Shown: positions 17,786 to 27,576 of the stretch, in pieces | How the letters are laid out: each line of letters begins with the position of its first letter | Position numbering within the stretch: the stretch's first letter is position 1 | Source: Micromonas pusilla | Taxonomy: Eukaryota | Length of the DNA: 32,000 bases | NCBI GenBank assembly: GCA_000151265.1 | Contig: GG663750.1 | Span: forward strand, 124,195 to 156,194 | Direction: 5' to 3' | The notes under the pieces: generated by a model | The model's database searches: none | The model's input: only the letters and a program-made list of their open reading frames with translations | Told to the model about the DNA's origin: nothing | Translations under genes and position numbers: made by a program

Positions 17786-20199
17786 GCGCCGCGGCCTCCC
17801 CCTCCGGCTGCGTCTGCATCTCGTCGCACACGCCGCGGACGAGCCCTTCGATGTACGGCTTCCAAAGCCGCGCGCGCGCGTTCACGAACCAATCGCCAAC
17901 CTGCTGCGGCGTCAGCCCGGTCTTCGCCGCGAGCTCTCGCTTCTCCTCTCGCGTCGGCACCGGCTTTCGACGCTCCGCGGTGGGGTAAAAGTGGTCCCAC
18001 AACCACTCGTGGAGGATCGCCTTCGCCTTCTTTGAGTGCCGGCCGTTCTTCCCGCCGCCGCCGCCGCCGCCGCCGTTATTTCTCGGCGGCGGCGTCGCGG
18101 GCGTCGCGGGGAGGAACGATAACCGCGGGGACGGGGACGGGGACGGGGACGGGGACGGGGACGACTTCGACTTCGCGTCGGCGTCGTCGTCGGCGTCGGC
18201 GTCGGCGGGGGCTCCGAGGACAACCTCGTCGCGCGCGCTTCGCTTCGTCGGCGGCGTGCCGACTTTCGCGAGGTGCGTCCACGTCTGAGAGTGGCTCCTT
18301 CGCACGCCGCCGGCGCTGTCGAGAGCGAGAGCGTCGCCCGGGCCGAGCCCGAGCCCGAGCCCTCGCGGCGCGGCGGAGCTCGGTGACTTGAACGGTCGCG
18401 CCGCCGCCGCCGCCGCCGCCGGGCGGATCGGTTCCAACGAGCTCGCGCGCGTCGTCGTCGTCGTCGCCGCCGCCGCGCCGCCGAAAGCCGCGGTCGCCTC
18501 GACGTCCTCGACGAACCGGTCGAGCAGCTTGAACCGGCACTCGCAGAACCTGGCGCCGTCGGGGTGAAGTTAAAAGTTCAAAGGCGCGTCGGTCGGAGTT
18601 GAAAGGCGTCGCGCGGGTCGAGCGTCGAAACCGAGGGGCGGGCGGGGAGAAGCACGACACACGCCGGGAGAGAAAGTCCTCGTTGAAGTCCTTAAGGAAC
18701 GACGTTCACCACGCGAACGCGGTCGTACGGGGACCGGTGCGACGAACGGGACGCGCCTCGTCCGCGCCGCGTTCACCGCGTCTTCGCGGACGGCGCGTAA
18801 CACCTCGCTGCCGGCCGTTTCGCCGCCGCTCGAGACGGATCTCGCGAGCGTCTTGTGAAGGACATCCTCCTCGGCCGCGTCGAGACGAGTTAACTCGATG
18901 GTAAACGCTCGCACGACGCGCTCGATGTCCTTCGCGCGGCGCGTCGACGTCGCGCGCGCGAGCTCGTCGGCGCGCGTTTTTATCGCCCTCGACGCCGATC
19001 GCGCGTCCGCCGCGTCTCGCCACCGCTGCGGGTGTAAACGCTCGAGCGACGACCGTTGCGCGGTGGTGGTGAAACGGTCAGGGGAGGTGTGTTGTTGTTG
19101 TTGTTGTCGTTGTCGTTGTTCCCTTTTCGCCGCGCTCTTGCTCTTTCGAACGCGCGCGCCGCCGTGCTTTCCGACGTCGTCGTCGCCTGAGCCGCCGAAG
19201 ACGAGACTTCGCAGCACTGAGGGTCGTTCCATACAAAGCGAGGTCGGGGTGGAGTTGAAAGGCGTCAGAAGGAGTTGAAAGGCGTCGAGGGCGGGGATTG
19301 AACGCGAGGGGTAGGCGGAGAGACGCGCCGGGAAAAGTCCTTAAGGATCGGCGTTCACCACGCGGACGCGGTCGTATGGGAACCAGTGTGAGATAGAACG
19401 CACCTGAGCTCGCGTGCGTCGCCACCGCGTCGTTCGTGAGCGCATTAGTAACCGTCGCGTTCGTGGCGTTATTAGTGTGGTGCGTGGTCGAGTTGGGGTA
19501 CATCATGATGTTGTCGATCGAGTCGTTGGTCGCGTTGTCCGTCGCGGGCCAGGTCGAGAAGAGCGCGTCGTGGAAGTCGCCGCGTGCGCCGCCGCCGCCG
19601 CCGGGGGAGCCGAACGCGTCGCACGCGTCGTCGAAGATATCCGCGAAAACGTCCGCGGCGTGTGCGTTATCATATCCCAATCCCACGTCGCGCGGCGGAT
19701 GTAACGCGCTCGCGGCAGCTTGAAACGAAGACCCGCAGTAGATGGACGCGTCGTCGACGTCGAACTCCATCGCCGTCGCGCTCGCGCCGTCGGCGTCGCC
19801 GTCGCCGTCGCCGTCGCCGCCGCCGCGGACGTGCGACTCGAAAGCGGATAACAACGCGTCCCAGCAGTCGTCGTCCGCGCCGCCGCCGTTCGGGAGCGGG
19901 GCGTCGTCGAACGCGAGGTCAGAAGCGGACGCTTGCGACGCGTCGGACGCGGTCGAGGACCGGCGATTTCGCGCGTCGTCCGAGGGGGGCGGACGCGGGT
20001 CGCCTCCGATTTTTTTGATTTTTTCGCACGTCGCCGCCGCGAAGCCGGCGGCGATGTCGAAATCGAAGACGACCCCCTTGAGCTCCCCGGGGATTCGCGC
20101 GCCGGCGCGCGCGCGCGCCGCGTCCGCGTCCGCGTTCGCGCCGCTCGGGAGGAGGAGTTTCACCTCCACGACGCTCGCGTCGTGCTCGTGCGCGGTCAT
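17700..20199 (-). CDS. TALE-class (BELL/KNOX-like) homeobox protein, 3 exons
   Basis: Exons (minus) 19404-20199, 18757-19216, 17700-18549. Homeodomain: KKAKAILHEWLWDHFYPTAERRKPVPTREEKRELAAKTGLTPQQVGDWFVNARARLWKP. Both introns are IE1-type and all phases are consistent. Confidence 0.75.
18127..18162. repeat. (GGGGAC)6 hexanucleotide repeat
   Basis: Encodes (SP)6 on the minus strand in the TALE gene. Confidence 0.9.
18550..18756 (-). mobile_element. Introner element, IE1-type variant
   Basis: ACGAG|GCGCGTCCCGTTCGTCGCACCGGTCCCCGTACGACCGCGTTCGCGTGGTGAACGTCGTTCCTTAAGGACTTCAACGAGGAC..CTTCACCCCGACGGCGCCAG|G. 207 nt, phase 2. Confidence 0.8.
19217..19403 (-). mobile_element. Introner element, IE1-type, full length
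   Basis: CTCAG|GTGCGTTCTATCTCACACTGGTTCCCATACGACCGCGTCCGCGTGGTGAACGCCGATCCTTAAGGAC..CCCCGACCTCGCTTTGTATGGAACGACCCTCAG|TG. 187 nt, phase 1. Confidence 0.9.
19795..19818. repeat. (GTCGCC)4 hexanucleotide repeat
   Basis: Encodes GDGDGDGD on the minus strand in exon 1 of the TALE gene. Confidence 0.85.
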
Positions 20200-20861
20200 G
20201 GCGTCAGTATCGCGCGCCGCGTCGCGGGCGGCGCGGCCTGAGAGGACGGAGCGGAGGAGGGAGGAGGACGACGGGCGCGTGACGACTACGGCGCGGGCGT
20301 TTGTGAATCAGACTTTACAGTACGTCAAAGATGGCGCGGCGGCCCCCCGCGGGGACGCGACGCCGCGCGCGACGCCGCGCGGGTTTTCGAAGAGAGACGC
20401 TTCGTCGAGCGCGCGCGCGACGTTCCCGCGCGGCGCGACGCGGCGGGAGAGGACGCGATCGGCGCGTCGCGGGGTCGTCGCGGGGTCGAATCGCGGATTC
20501 ATTCATCCGCGCGAGGAGGACGGATCTCACCACTTGGCGCGTTTTCTGTCTCGGCGCGGCGGCGCGCGAGCGGCGACGTCGCCGCGGCGTTCGAGGCGGC
20601 GCGCGGGATGCGCGCGGCGTCGACGCGCTGAGGAGCTTCCTTCGCGGGGTCGCGGGGTCGACCCCGCGGGGTGGGGTCGACTCGCGCCGCGGACGAGATG
20701 AATGGCGCGCGGGGGCGATTTCCTCGTACGCTGAGAAGGCGATAAGAAAAAATAACGGCTTTTCACCCTGGGAGCTGAAGCGCGATCGGCGGTCTCGCCG
20801 CGATGACAACGGTTTGAAAAAATACCAAAAAAACGATTTTGAAAACGCCATCGATCGTAGA

Positions 20862-22056
20862 ATGCGGAAACCAAACGTCGACGGCGGAGACGCGCGCGTG
20901 ATGAAACCTCGCGCCGACCGTCCAACGATCGGCACCGCACACCCGCGGCGCGGCCCACCCCCCGCCCCCGCGCGCTTTCGATCCACCCGTCGTCTCGTCG
21001 TCATGCTCGCGATCGTCTACGTCTCCGCGTTCGTCGTCGCCGCGTGGGCGCCGTTCGCGTATCATCACCGCGCCGTCCACGGCGTCGTCAACCCGACGCA
21101 CCTCGCGCTGACGCTGTTCAACGCGATCAATCTGCTCATCTGCCTCTGGGAGAACGCGCTGTATCTCCACGTGAAGAAGATCCGAAAGAAGTACCTCGCG
21201 ATGAAGCGAACGCTCGGCCACGGGACGTTCCCGCCGAAACTGTGCCTGTTCGAGGACGTGAGCCTTCGCGACGCGCTGACGTACGAGCACTGGGGGATCG
21301 TGTGGGCGACCTACTCGCTGCTAGATCCGTCGTACTCGGATCAGGTGCGTACTATACACTGGTCCCCATACGACCGCGTCGGCGTGGTGAACGCCGATCC
21401 TTAAGGACTTTTCCCGGCGCGTCTCTCCGCTCATCCCTCCCTTTCAATCCCCGCCCACGACGCCTTTCAACTCCAACTGACGCCTATGAACTCCACCCCG
21501 ACATCGCTTCGTATGGAACGACCCTCAGACGTCGTTCGGGTTCTGGATCGACAGCGGCAACGGCGTCGTGACGATGATTCCGACGCTGATGCTGAGCGTG
21601 GGGGCGACGTGGACGATCCCCGGGGTGGACGCGCAGGCTCTGGGGGTCGTGGGGATCGTGTTCAACTATCAGGCGCGTTCACGTTTACGCCGGTTCCCGC
21701 GCGACCGCGTCGGCGCGGTGAACGCCGTTCCTTGAGGACTTTATCTCCCGTCGCGTCTCTCCGCCCATCACCACTCGCGTTCGATCCCGACACACCGCGA
21801 CGCCTTTCAACTTCAAACACTGACGCCTTTCAACCCCACCCCGACGTTCGCTCGTATGGACAATTACCCTCAGATGCTCTACGGCACGGTGTTGTACTTC
21901 GGGAACTACCTGAAGAATCAGTACTACCGCGGCACGAGCGCGGCGTACGTGGGTTTAGTCGTCGCCATGAACGCGATATGGATCGTGTTTCCCGCGGCGT
22001 GGATGTGGATGTGCTGGGGGATGATCCGGACGGGGAGCCTGGACGCGCTTCGATGA
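20862..22056 (+). CDS. Multi-pass membrane protein, EBP/EXPERA-like (sterol isomerase-like), 3 exons
   Basis: Exons 20862-21344, 21529-21672, 21874-22056. Alternative in-frame starts at 20901 and 21003. ..HWGIVWATYSLLDPSYSDQ|TSFGFWIDSGNGVVTMIPTLM.. and ..YFGNYLKN..VAMNAIWIVFPAAWMW resemble the W.EYS..D.RY and NA.W..P motifs of EBP-type proteins. The product call is weak. Confidence 0.6.
21345..21528 (+). mobile_element. Introner element, IE1-type, full length
   Basis: GATCAG|GTGCGTACTATACACTGGTCCCCATACGACCGCGTCGGCGTGGTGAACGCCGATCCTTAAGGAC..CCCCGACATCGCTTCGTATGGAACGACCCTCAG|ACG. 184 nt, phase 0. Confidence 0.92.
21673..21873 (+). mobile_element. Introner element, IE1-type variant
   Basis: TATCAG|GCGCGTTCACGTTTACGCCGGTTCCCGCGCGACCGCGTCGGCGCGGTGAACGCCGTTCCTTGAGGAC..CCCCGACGTTCGCTCGTATGGACAATTACCCTCAG|ATG. 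201 nt, phase 0. Confidence 0.85.
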
Positions 22057-22751
22057 GGAGGCGGCCGGGTCTCGTCGTCGGATTGATTTTTTTATTCGCG
22101 TCGCGGCGTCGGCGGCGGCGGCGGGAGAGGCAGCGGCGGCGCGCCGAGCCACGCGCGATCGCACTAGCTTAGACTACAGTAGATACTGTATTCATCACGC
22201 GCGCGATCGATCGAATCGAACGCGCGCCGCGCGAACGTCGACGACGAAGCCTCGACCCGCCTCGTCGAAAACCGCGAGCAGGGAAGAAAAAAAAATGGCA
22301 GACAAGTGCAAAAACTGTGCTGAAAAATCGCCGCGAAAATTTTTTCCTCCGATTCGCCATTCGCGCGCGCTGATTGGTCGTTCGCCGCGGTGAAGCGCGC
22401 TGCATCTCTCCACCTCTGGTTCTGGATGTGCGTCCGCGTCCCTGCGCTTTTCCACCCTCGTCGTCAGCACTTCTCAGGCGCACGCCGCTCTGTACCTCCC
22501 AGGTGCGCGCTGGGCTCGCGATCCTCCCGCGCGCGCGTCTTCTTCGCGCGCGTCCCTCGCGTCTTCACCGTCTTCACCGTCATCGCCGCGCGCGTCGCGT
22601 CGACGCCGCGTCGTCGAAATCCCTGCGGCGTCTCGCGTCCGTCTCGGTCTTTTTCGCGCCCGCGCGTCGCACCCATCTTCGCGCTCGTCGCCTCACCCGC
22701 GCGCCCTCCCGCATCCCAACAGGCGACCGCTCCTCCGTCCTCCGTCACACG

Positions 22752-25679
22752 ATGGCGTCCTCGTTCGCCGTCGCCGCGCCCGGGCTCGCCCGCGCCGGCA
22801 CCTCCATGGTCCCCCGCTACGGCGCGCGCGGTCGCGCGTCCGCGCCCGCGCGCGTCGCCGTCCGCGCGCGCGCGGTCGTGGAGGCGCCCGCGAACCTCGA
22901 GCGGCTTCGGATCATGACGCCGTGGGAGATCGCGCAAGAAGAGCTCAAGACGACGTTCGGGATGTCCGAGGAGGACATCGCCGCCGCGGGTGCGCTCTCG
23001 GACGAGGACCTGACGAACGCGTACGAGACGATGCAGCTGTGCCGCGACTTCGAGAACGAGTGCAACCAGGCGTACATGGCGGGCAAGATTCGCGGCTTCA
23101 TGCACCTCGACAACGGCCAGGAATCTATCCCCGCGCTCCTCTCGAACGCGATCCGCAAGACGGACCTGAAGCACTCGTACTACCGCGACCACTGCCACGC
23201 GATCGCGTGCGGCGTCGACCCGGGCGCGGTCATGGCCGAGATCTTCGGCCGCGACGGCGGCTCGTGCAGAGGCACCGGCGGATCCATGCACGTGTACGAC
23301 GTCGAGACTAACTTCCAAGGCGGGTGGGCGCTCGTCGCCGAGCAGCTACCCTACGCCGTCGGAGCCGCGCGGTCGATCGTCCTCGACAAGCACCTCGGCA
23401 CGGGCGAGGCGGAGGACCGCATCGCGATCGTCTTCGTCGGCGAGGGCGGCGCGCAGAACGGACGGATGGCGGAGTGCCTGAACGCGGCGGCGAAGGCGCG
23501 TTCTATCTCACACTGGTCCCCATACGACCGCGTCGGCGTGGTGAACGCCGATCCTTAAGGACTTTACTTCCCGTCGCATCTCTCCGCCCAGGGTCCCTCG
23601 CGTTCAATACCCGCCCTCGGCGCCTTTCAACTCCATCTGACGCCTTTCAACTCCACCCCGACGTCCGCTCGTATGGAACGGCCCTCAGGAAAACCTTCCG
23701 ATTTTATTCCTCGTCATCGACAACGGTCGCGCGATCAACACGTTCACGAAGGACGTCGCGACGAACCAGGAGGTGTTCAACCAGGGGAAACACTACGGCA
23801 TCCCGGGCATTCTCGCGGACGGGCAGAACGTTCAGGACACGATGCGCATCGGGCGAGCGGCGATCCAGCACGTTCGCAATAAGGGCCCGGCGATTCTCCA
23901 GGTGCACACGTTTCGGTTCAACGGGCACTCCCCCGCGGACCCCGAGCACGAGCGCAACCGCAAGGACGAGAAGCGCTGGGCGCGCGCGACGTGCGACCCG
24001 ATCAAGATCTTCGAGGAGTCGGACGACGCGAAGAAGGTGGACCAAAAGGCTGCGCTGGCGAGGGCGCGCGATGAGGTAGCCAAGGCGCTCGCTTTCGCCA
24101 ACGCGTCGCCGCCGCCGCCGAAGGACCTCGCCGCGAAGCTCGAGTACCCGGACCCCACCGGCGAGGTGGATTACTCCGCGCGCGAGCCGGAGATGGGCCT
24201 GGAGCTCGCCGCCGCGGTCACGAAGGCGACGGTCCCGGAGGCGACGCTCACCGCGCTCGCGGCGAGGATCGACGCGCTGCGCGCGATGGCGGGGAGCGAC
24301 GCGGGCATCTCCATCGGAGACGCCGTCAACCTCGCGATTCTCGAGGAGATGGTCCGAGACCCGACGTGCGTCGCGCACGCGGAGGATCTGCAGGCGGGGA
24401 GCTCGTACAACATCCCGGCCAACACGCAGCAAGCGTTCGGGACGCTGCGAGCGGCGGACGAGATCATCGACGAGGGGCACTTCATCGGAAAGGCGCGTTC
24501 TGTACACTGGTTCCCATTACGACCGCGTTCGCGTGGTGAACGCCGTTTCTTAAGGACTTTGCCCGGCGTGTCTCTCCGCCCAGGGTCCCTCGCTTTCAAT
24601 CCCCGCCCTCGACGCCTTTCAACTCCAACTGACGCCTTTCAACTCCACCCACGCCTTTGAACCCCATCGGAAAGGCTCTCGGGGAGGCGATGAACGGGTA
24701 CCGACCGATCGTCGAGCTCATGAACGCCAACTTCGGCATCTACGGCATGGCGGAGCTCTCCTCCGCGGGGAACACGTTCGCGACGACGGGCGGGCAGTTT
24801 AACATGCCGATGACCGTCATCGGCGCGGGCGGGACCGCGCCGAACCAGTCGCTGGGCGCGGAGCACTCGCAGCCGTTTCACGCGTACATCATGGGTATTC
24901 CCGGGTTGAAAATCTGCACCGCGTCCAAGGCGCGTTCTATCTCACACTGGTTCCCATACGACCGCGTCGGCGTGGTGAACGCCGATCCTTAAGGACAGGA
25001 CTTTCTCTCCCGGCGCATCTCTCCGCCCACCCCTCGCCGCTTTCAATCCCGACACACCTCGACGCCTTTCAACTCCGCTTCTGACGCCTTTCGACTCCAC
25101 CCCGACGTCGTCGCTCGATGGACCCTCGACCCTAAGCCCCACGAAGCCTACGGCCTCGCGAAGAGCATGATCCGCGACAACGGCCCGGGCGTGCTTCTCC
25201 TCCCGGTGAAGCTCATGAAAACCCGCGGGCCGTGCGAGGTGGACAACTTCCTCCCGTTGCACAAGGCGACGCTGCAGCACGAGGCGTCGGCCGCGTCGAT
25301 CGCCGCGGGCAAGGCGGTGACCGTGCTCACCTACTTGCACGGCACGAAAGAGAGCGAGGACGCGATCGAGACGCTCACCGCGGAGGGGTACGACGTCGAC
25401 CTCATCGAGCTGACGTGCTTGAAGCCGTTCGACAAGGAGACGATCCAGGCGAGCCTCGCGCGGACGCACAAGCTCGCGATTCTCGACGAGAGCACGCGGA
25501 GCGGCGGCGTCGGCGCGACTTTCAGCGCGCTGGTGAGCGAGGAGCTCTTCGACGAGCTCGACGCGCCGGTCAGGAGGTTATGCATGGAGGACGCGCCGGT
25601 GCCGTACGCGACGGAGATGGAGCGGGTGATGGTGAAGCGCGCCGCGGATTTGGTCGAGGGCGTCAAGTCCATGTGCTGA
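22752..25679 (+). CDS. Fused E1 alpha + E1 beta subunit of a thiamine-diphosphate 2-oxoacid (pyruvate-type) dehydrogenase with a transit-peptide-like N-terminus, 4 exons
   Basis: Exons 22752-23495, 23689-24492, 24675-24929, 25137-25679. Alpha: CRGTGGSMHVYD, VFVGEGGAQNGRMAECLNAAAK|ENLPILFLVIDNG, TFRFNGHSPADP. Beta: DAVNLAILEEM..IIDEGHFIGK|ALGEAMNGYRPIVELMNANF..GAEHSQPFHAYIMGIPGLKICTASK|PHEAYGLAKSMIRDNGP..DLIELTCLKPFD. The alpha C-terminus, the linker and the beta N-terminus lie in one uninterrupted exon. Confidence 0.9.
23496..23688 (+). mobile_element. Introner element, IE1-type, full length
   Basis: GCGAAG|GCGCGTTCTATCTCACACTGGTCCCCATACGACCGCGTCGGCGTGGTGAACGCCGATCCTTAAGGAC..CCCCGACGTCCGCTCGTATGGAACGGCCCTCAG|GAA. 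193 nt, phase 0. The boundaries are fixed by the gap-free E1-alpha alignment. Confidence 0.95.
24493..24674 (+). mobile_element. Introner element, IE1-type, 3'-truncated and flanked by a 12-nt direct repeat
   Basis: GGAAAG|GCGCGTTCTGTACACTGGTTCCCATTACGACCGCGTTCGCGTGGTGAACGCCGTTTCTTAAGGAC..CAACTCCACCCACGCCTTTGAACCCCATCGGAAAG|GCT. 182 nt, phase 0. Confidence 0.92.
24930..25136 (+). mobile_element. Introner element, IE1-type, modified tail
   Basis: TCCAAG|GCGCGTTCTATCTCACACTGGTTCCCATACGACCGCGTCGGCGTGGTGAACGCCGATCCTTAAGGACAGGAC..CCCCGACGTCGTCGCTCGATGGACCCTCGACCCTAAG|CCC. 207 nt, phase 0. Confidence 0.92.
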
Positions 25680-26085
25680 GAGTGGAAGAGGGGCGGGGGG
25701 GCGGAATGAACGCGCTCAATTATTGTGCATACTAATCAATGAAACCGAGTTTTGTTACGTCGTCGTCTCGCGACGCTCGACCGCGCGACGGCGACGGCGA
25801 CGACGACGAGCCCCGCCGTCTCTGCCAAAAAAAACCAAAAGAAAACCAAAAAAAAACGTGTGTACAGTACTACGATTATACGACGTACGCGTACTTCCGT
25901 ACGCGCAAACAGTTTGCTCGAAATCAGACGCGCGAGAGCCACTGAGCGCGCGCGAACGAGTGACCGAGAGAGCCACGCTGGCAAACGCGGGCTTCGTGCC
26001 AGCCCAGAGCGGCGACCTCCTTCATCGTCGCGTCGCCGTCGCGCCGCGCACACGAGACGCGCCACCGCACGCACCGAAAACAAAG

Positions 26086-27344
26086 ATGGCCGCCGCTACC
26101 ATGTCCGCCCTTCGCGTCGTCGCGCCCGTCGCGCGCGTCGCCGCCGCGCGCAAGACCGTCGTCCGCGCCGCCGCGAAGGTGCGCGCGCGCGTCGATCCCG
26201 CCGTCCGCCGCGCGTCGTCGCACGTGTCGTGGGGATAAAGCCCTCCGATCGCGTCTTCTTATCTGCCGCTGACGCCCCTCCCCGCCCGCCGCGCGATCGT
26301 CTCCTCGCCGCAGCCCGCCGTCCGCGGCTCCGTCGTCGTCCGCGCGAGCGACTCCGACGTCACCGCTCGCCTCGAGGACGCGCTCAAGGTGCGCGCGCGG
26401 CGCGATGCCCTCCGAGTCTCCGCCCGCGGTCGTCGCCCCTCTCGTTCGTCGTTCCGGGGTCCCGCGGAAGAATGCGCAGCGGCGCCGACGGTTCGGGCGC
26501 GCGCTTCCGCGCGCGCGCGCGCGCGCGCGTCGCGCGGGAACGCGCGCCCGCGCGTCGCAGCCTCGCGCGACGCGCGCGACGCGCCGATCGCGCGCGTCGC
26601 GGTGCGCGCGACGCGCGCCGCGCGCGCGGATCGCGCGCCCGAGCCGCGGCGGCCGGATCTCGCTTCGTTCGTCGGGTCTTCGAGACGGCGTCGTTCGTCT
26701 CTCTTTCGCGCTCAGTCAACGAAACCGATCGCCGCGCGCGCCGTCGTCGAACCCTAAACCTAACCCCTAACCCTCCCCCGCGTCGTCCGTCCGCGACCGC
26801 GACCGCCGCAGATCGCCGAGGAGTGCGTCGACGAGTGCGCCGCGATGTGGGACGAGGTCGAGGAGCTCTCCCAGGCGGCTTCCGACAAGAAGCCCGCGCC
26901 CGCGGAGATGGACCCCGTCCCGATCAGGTGAGACTGCTTCCCGTACGACCGCGTCGGCGCGGTGAACGCCGTTTCTTAAGGACTTTTCCCGGCGTCTCTC
27001 TCCTCCCACCCCTCGACGCCACCGCTGACGCCTTTCAACTCCACCGCTCGTCGTGCGCGCGCAGCGAGAAGGACATGAACTTCATCAAGGAGACGCAAGC
27101 GGCGCTCGCCGCGGCGAAGAAGGGCGCGGAATCCGTCGACGTCGACACCCTCCGCTCGCTCGAGTCCGCGGCCGCGTCCGCGAAGAAGGTGACGGTGTCG
27201 AACGCGCGTCTGGATTCGCTGACCAAGGCGCTGGACCAGGCGCTCGAGGCGGCCAAGGCGTGCACGGGCGACGACTGCGCGATCGAGTGGGAGACCGTGG
27301 AGGAGATCTCTCAGGCGAAGTCCCGCGCGCAAAACGCGGATTAA
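26086..27344 (+). CDS. CP12: CP12-domain protein with two CP12-like Cys-pair/VEE(L/I)S motifs, 4 exons
   Basis: Exons 26086-26178, 26314-26388, 26812-26927, 27065-27344. MAAATMSALRVVAPVARVAAARKTVVRAAAK (transit-like) | ..IAEECVDECAAMWDEVEELSQAASDKK.. | ..AKACTGDDCAIEWETVEEISQAKSRAQNAD*. Exons 1-2 and the 423-nt intron are inferred from codon bias and GTGCGC..CAG signals only. Confidence 0.7.
26750..26777 (+). repeat. Interstitial telomere-like run (degenerate CCCTAAA units) inside an intron
   Basis: AACCCTAAACCTAACCCCTAACCCTCCC near the 3' end of intron 26389-26811. The same intron contains long (CG)n/GCGCGC tracts. Confidence 0.6.
26928..27064 (+). mobile_element. Introner element, type 2 (short derivative sharing the IE1 core)
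   Basis: ATCAG|GTGAGACTGCTTCCCGTACGACCGCGTCGGCGCGGTGAACGCCGTTTCTTAAGGACTTTTCCCGGCG..CGCTGACGCCTTTCAACTCCACCGCTCG..GCGCAG|C. 137 nt, phase 2. Confidence 0.85.
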
Positions 27345-27576
27345 TTAATAATTCACCGCGCGCGCGCCTCGACGAGAAGAAGGCGAGAACGCGTCGCGCG
27401 TTCTTCGTTCTTGAGGTTCGCGCGCTGAAGGTACGAATTCATTCGTTTGGAAAGAGAGAGGAGAGGGAGCGTGGGCGCTCGAAGTCGTCGGTTGGACCCG
27501 CGGCAGGCGGTGTCTCCGGCGCTGGTAATACATAAACCTTACTACTACAATATACGTTCACTACACGAACTATCGG

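Noticed and set aside
22503-22722. Candidate 5'-UTR intron of the E1 gene (CCCAG|GTGCGCGC .. CCCAACAG|GC)
   Set aside because: The splice-like signals are plausible, but there is no coding frame to test them and no repeat-family similarity. It cannot be supported from sequence alone.
23496-23558. Recurrent peptide HWSPYDRVGVVNADP at the ends of many listed ORFs, as if it were a shared protein domain
   Set aside because: It is the translation of the introner core. It is always followed at once by the TAA in CCTTAAGG, it appears in whatever frame the host exon dictates, and it always interrupts conserved motifs that are restored by splicing.
26750-26777. Telomere repeat, suggesting a chromosome end or fusion point
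   Set aside because: Only about three degenerate units are present. They are embedded in an intron between two exons of one gene, and unique gene-dense sequence lies on both sides.
25752-27344. 530-aa plus ORF spanning the whole CP12 locus
   Set aside because: Only its last 93 codons (27065-27344) are in the true frame. The rest is Arg-rich read-through of the promoter, two introns and an introner. The same applies to 27613-29322 (antisense of dCMP deaminase, then the GST exon 1 frame) and to 12474-13514.
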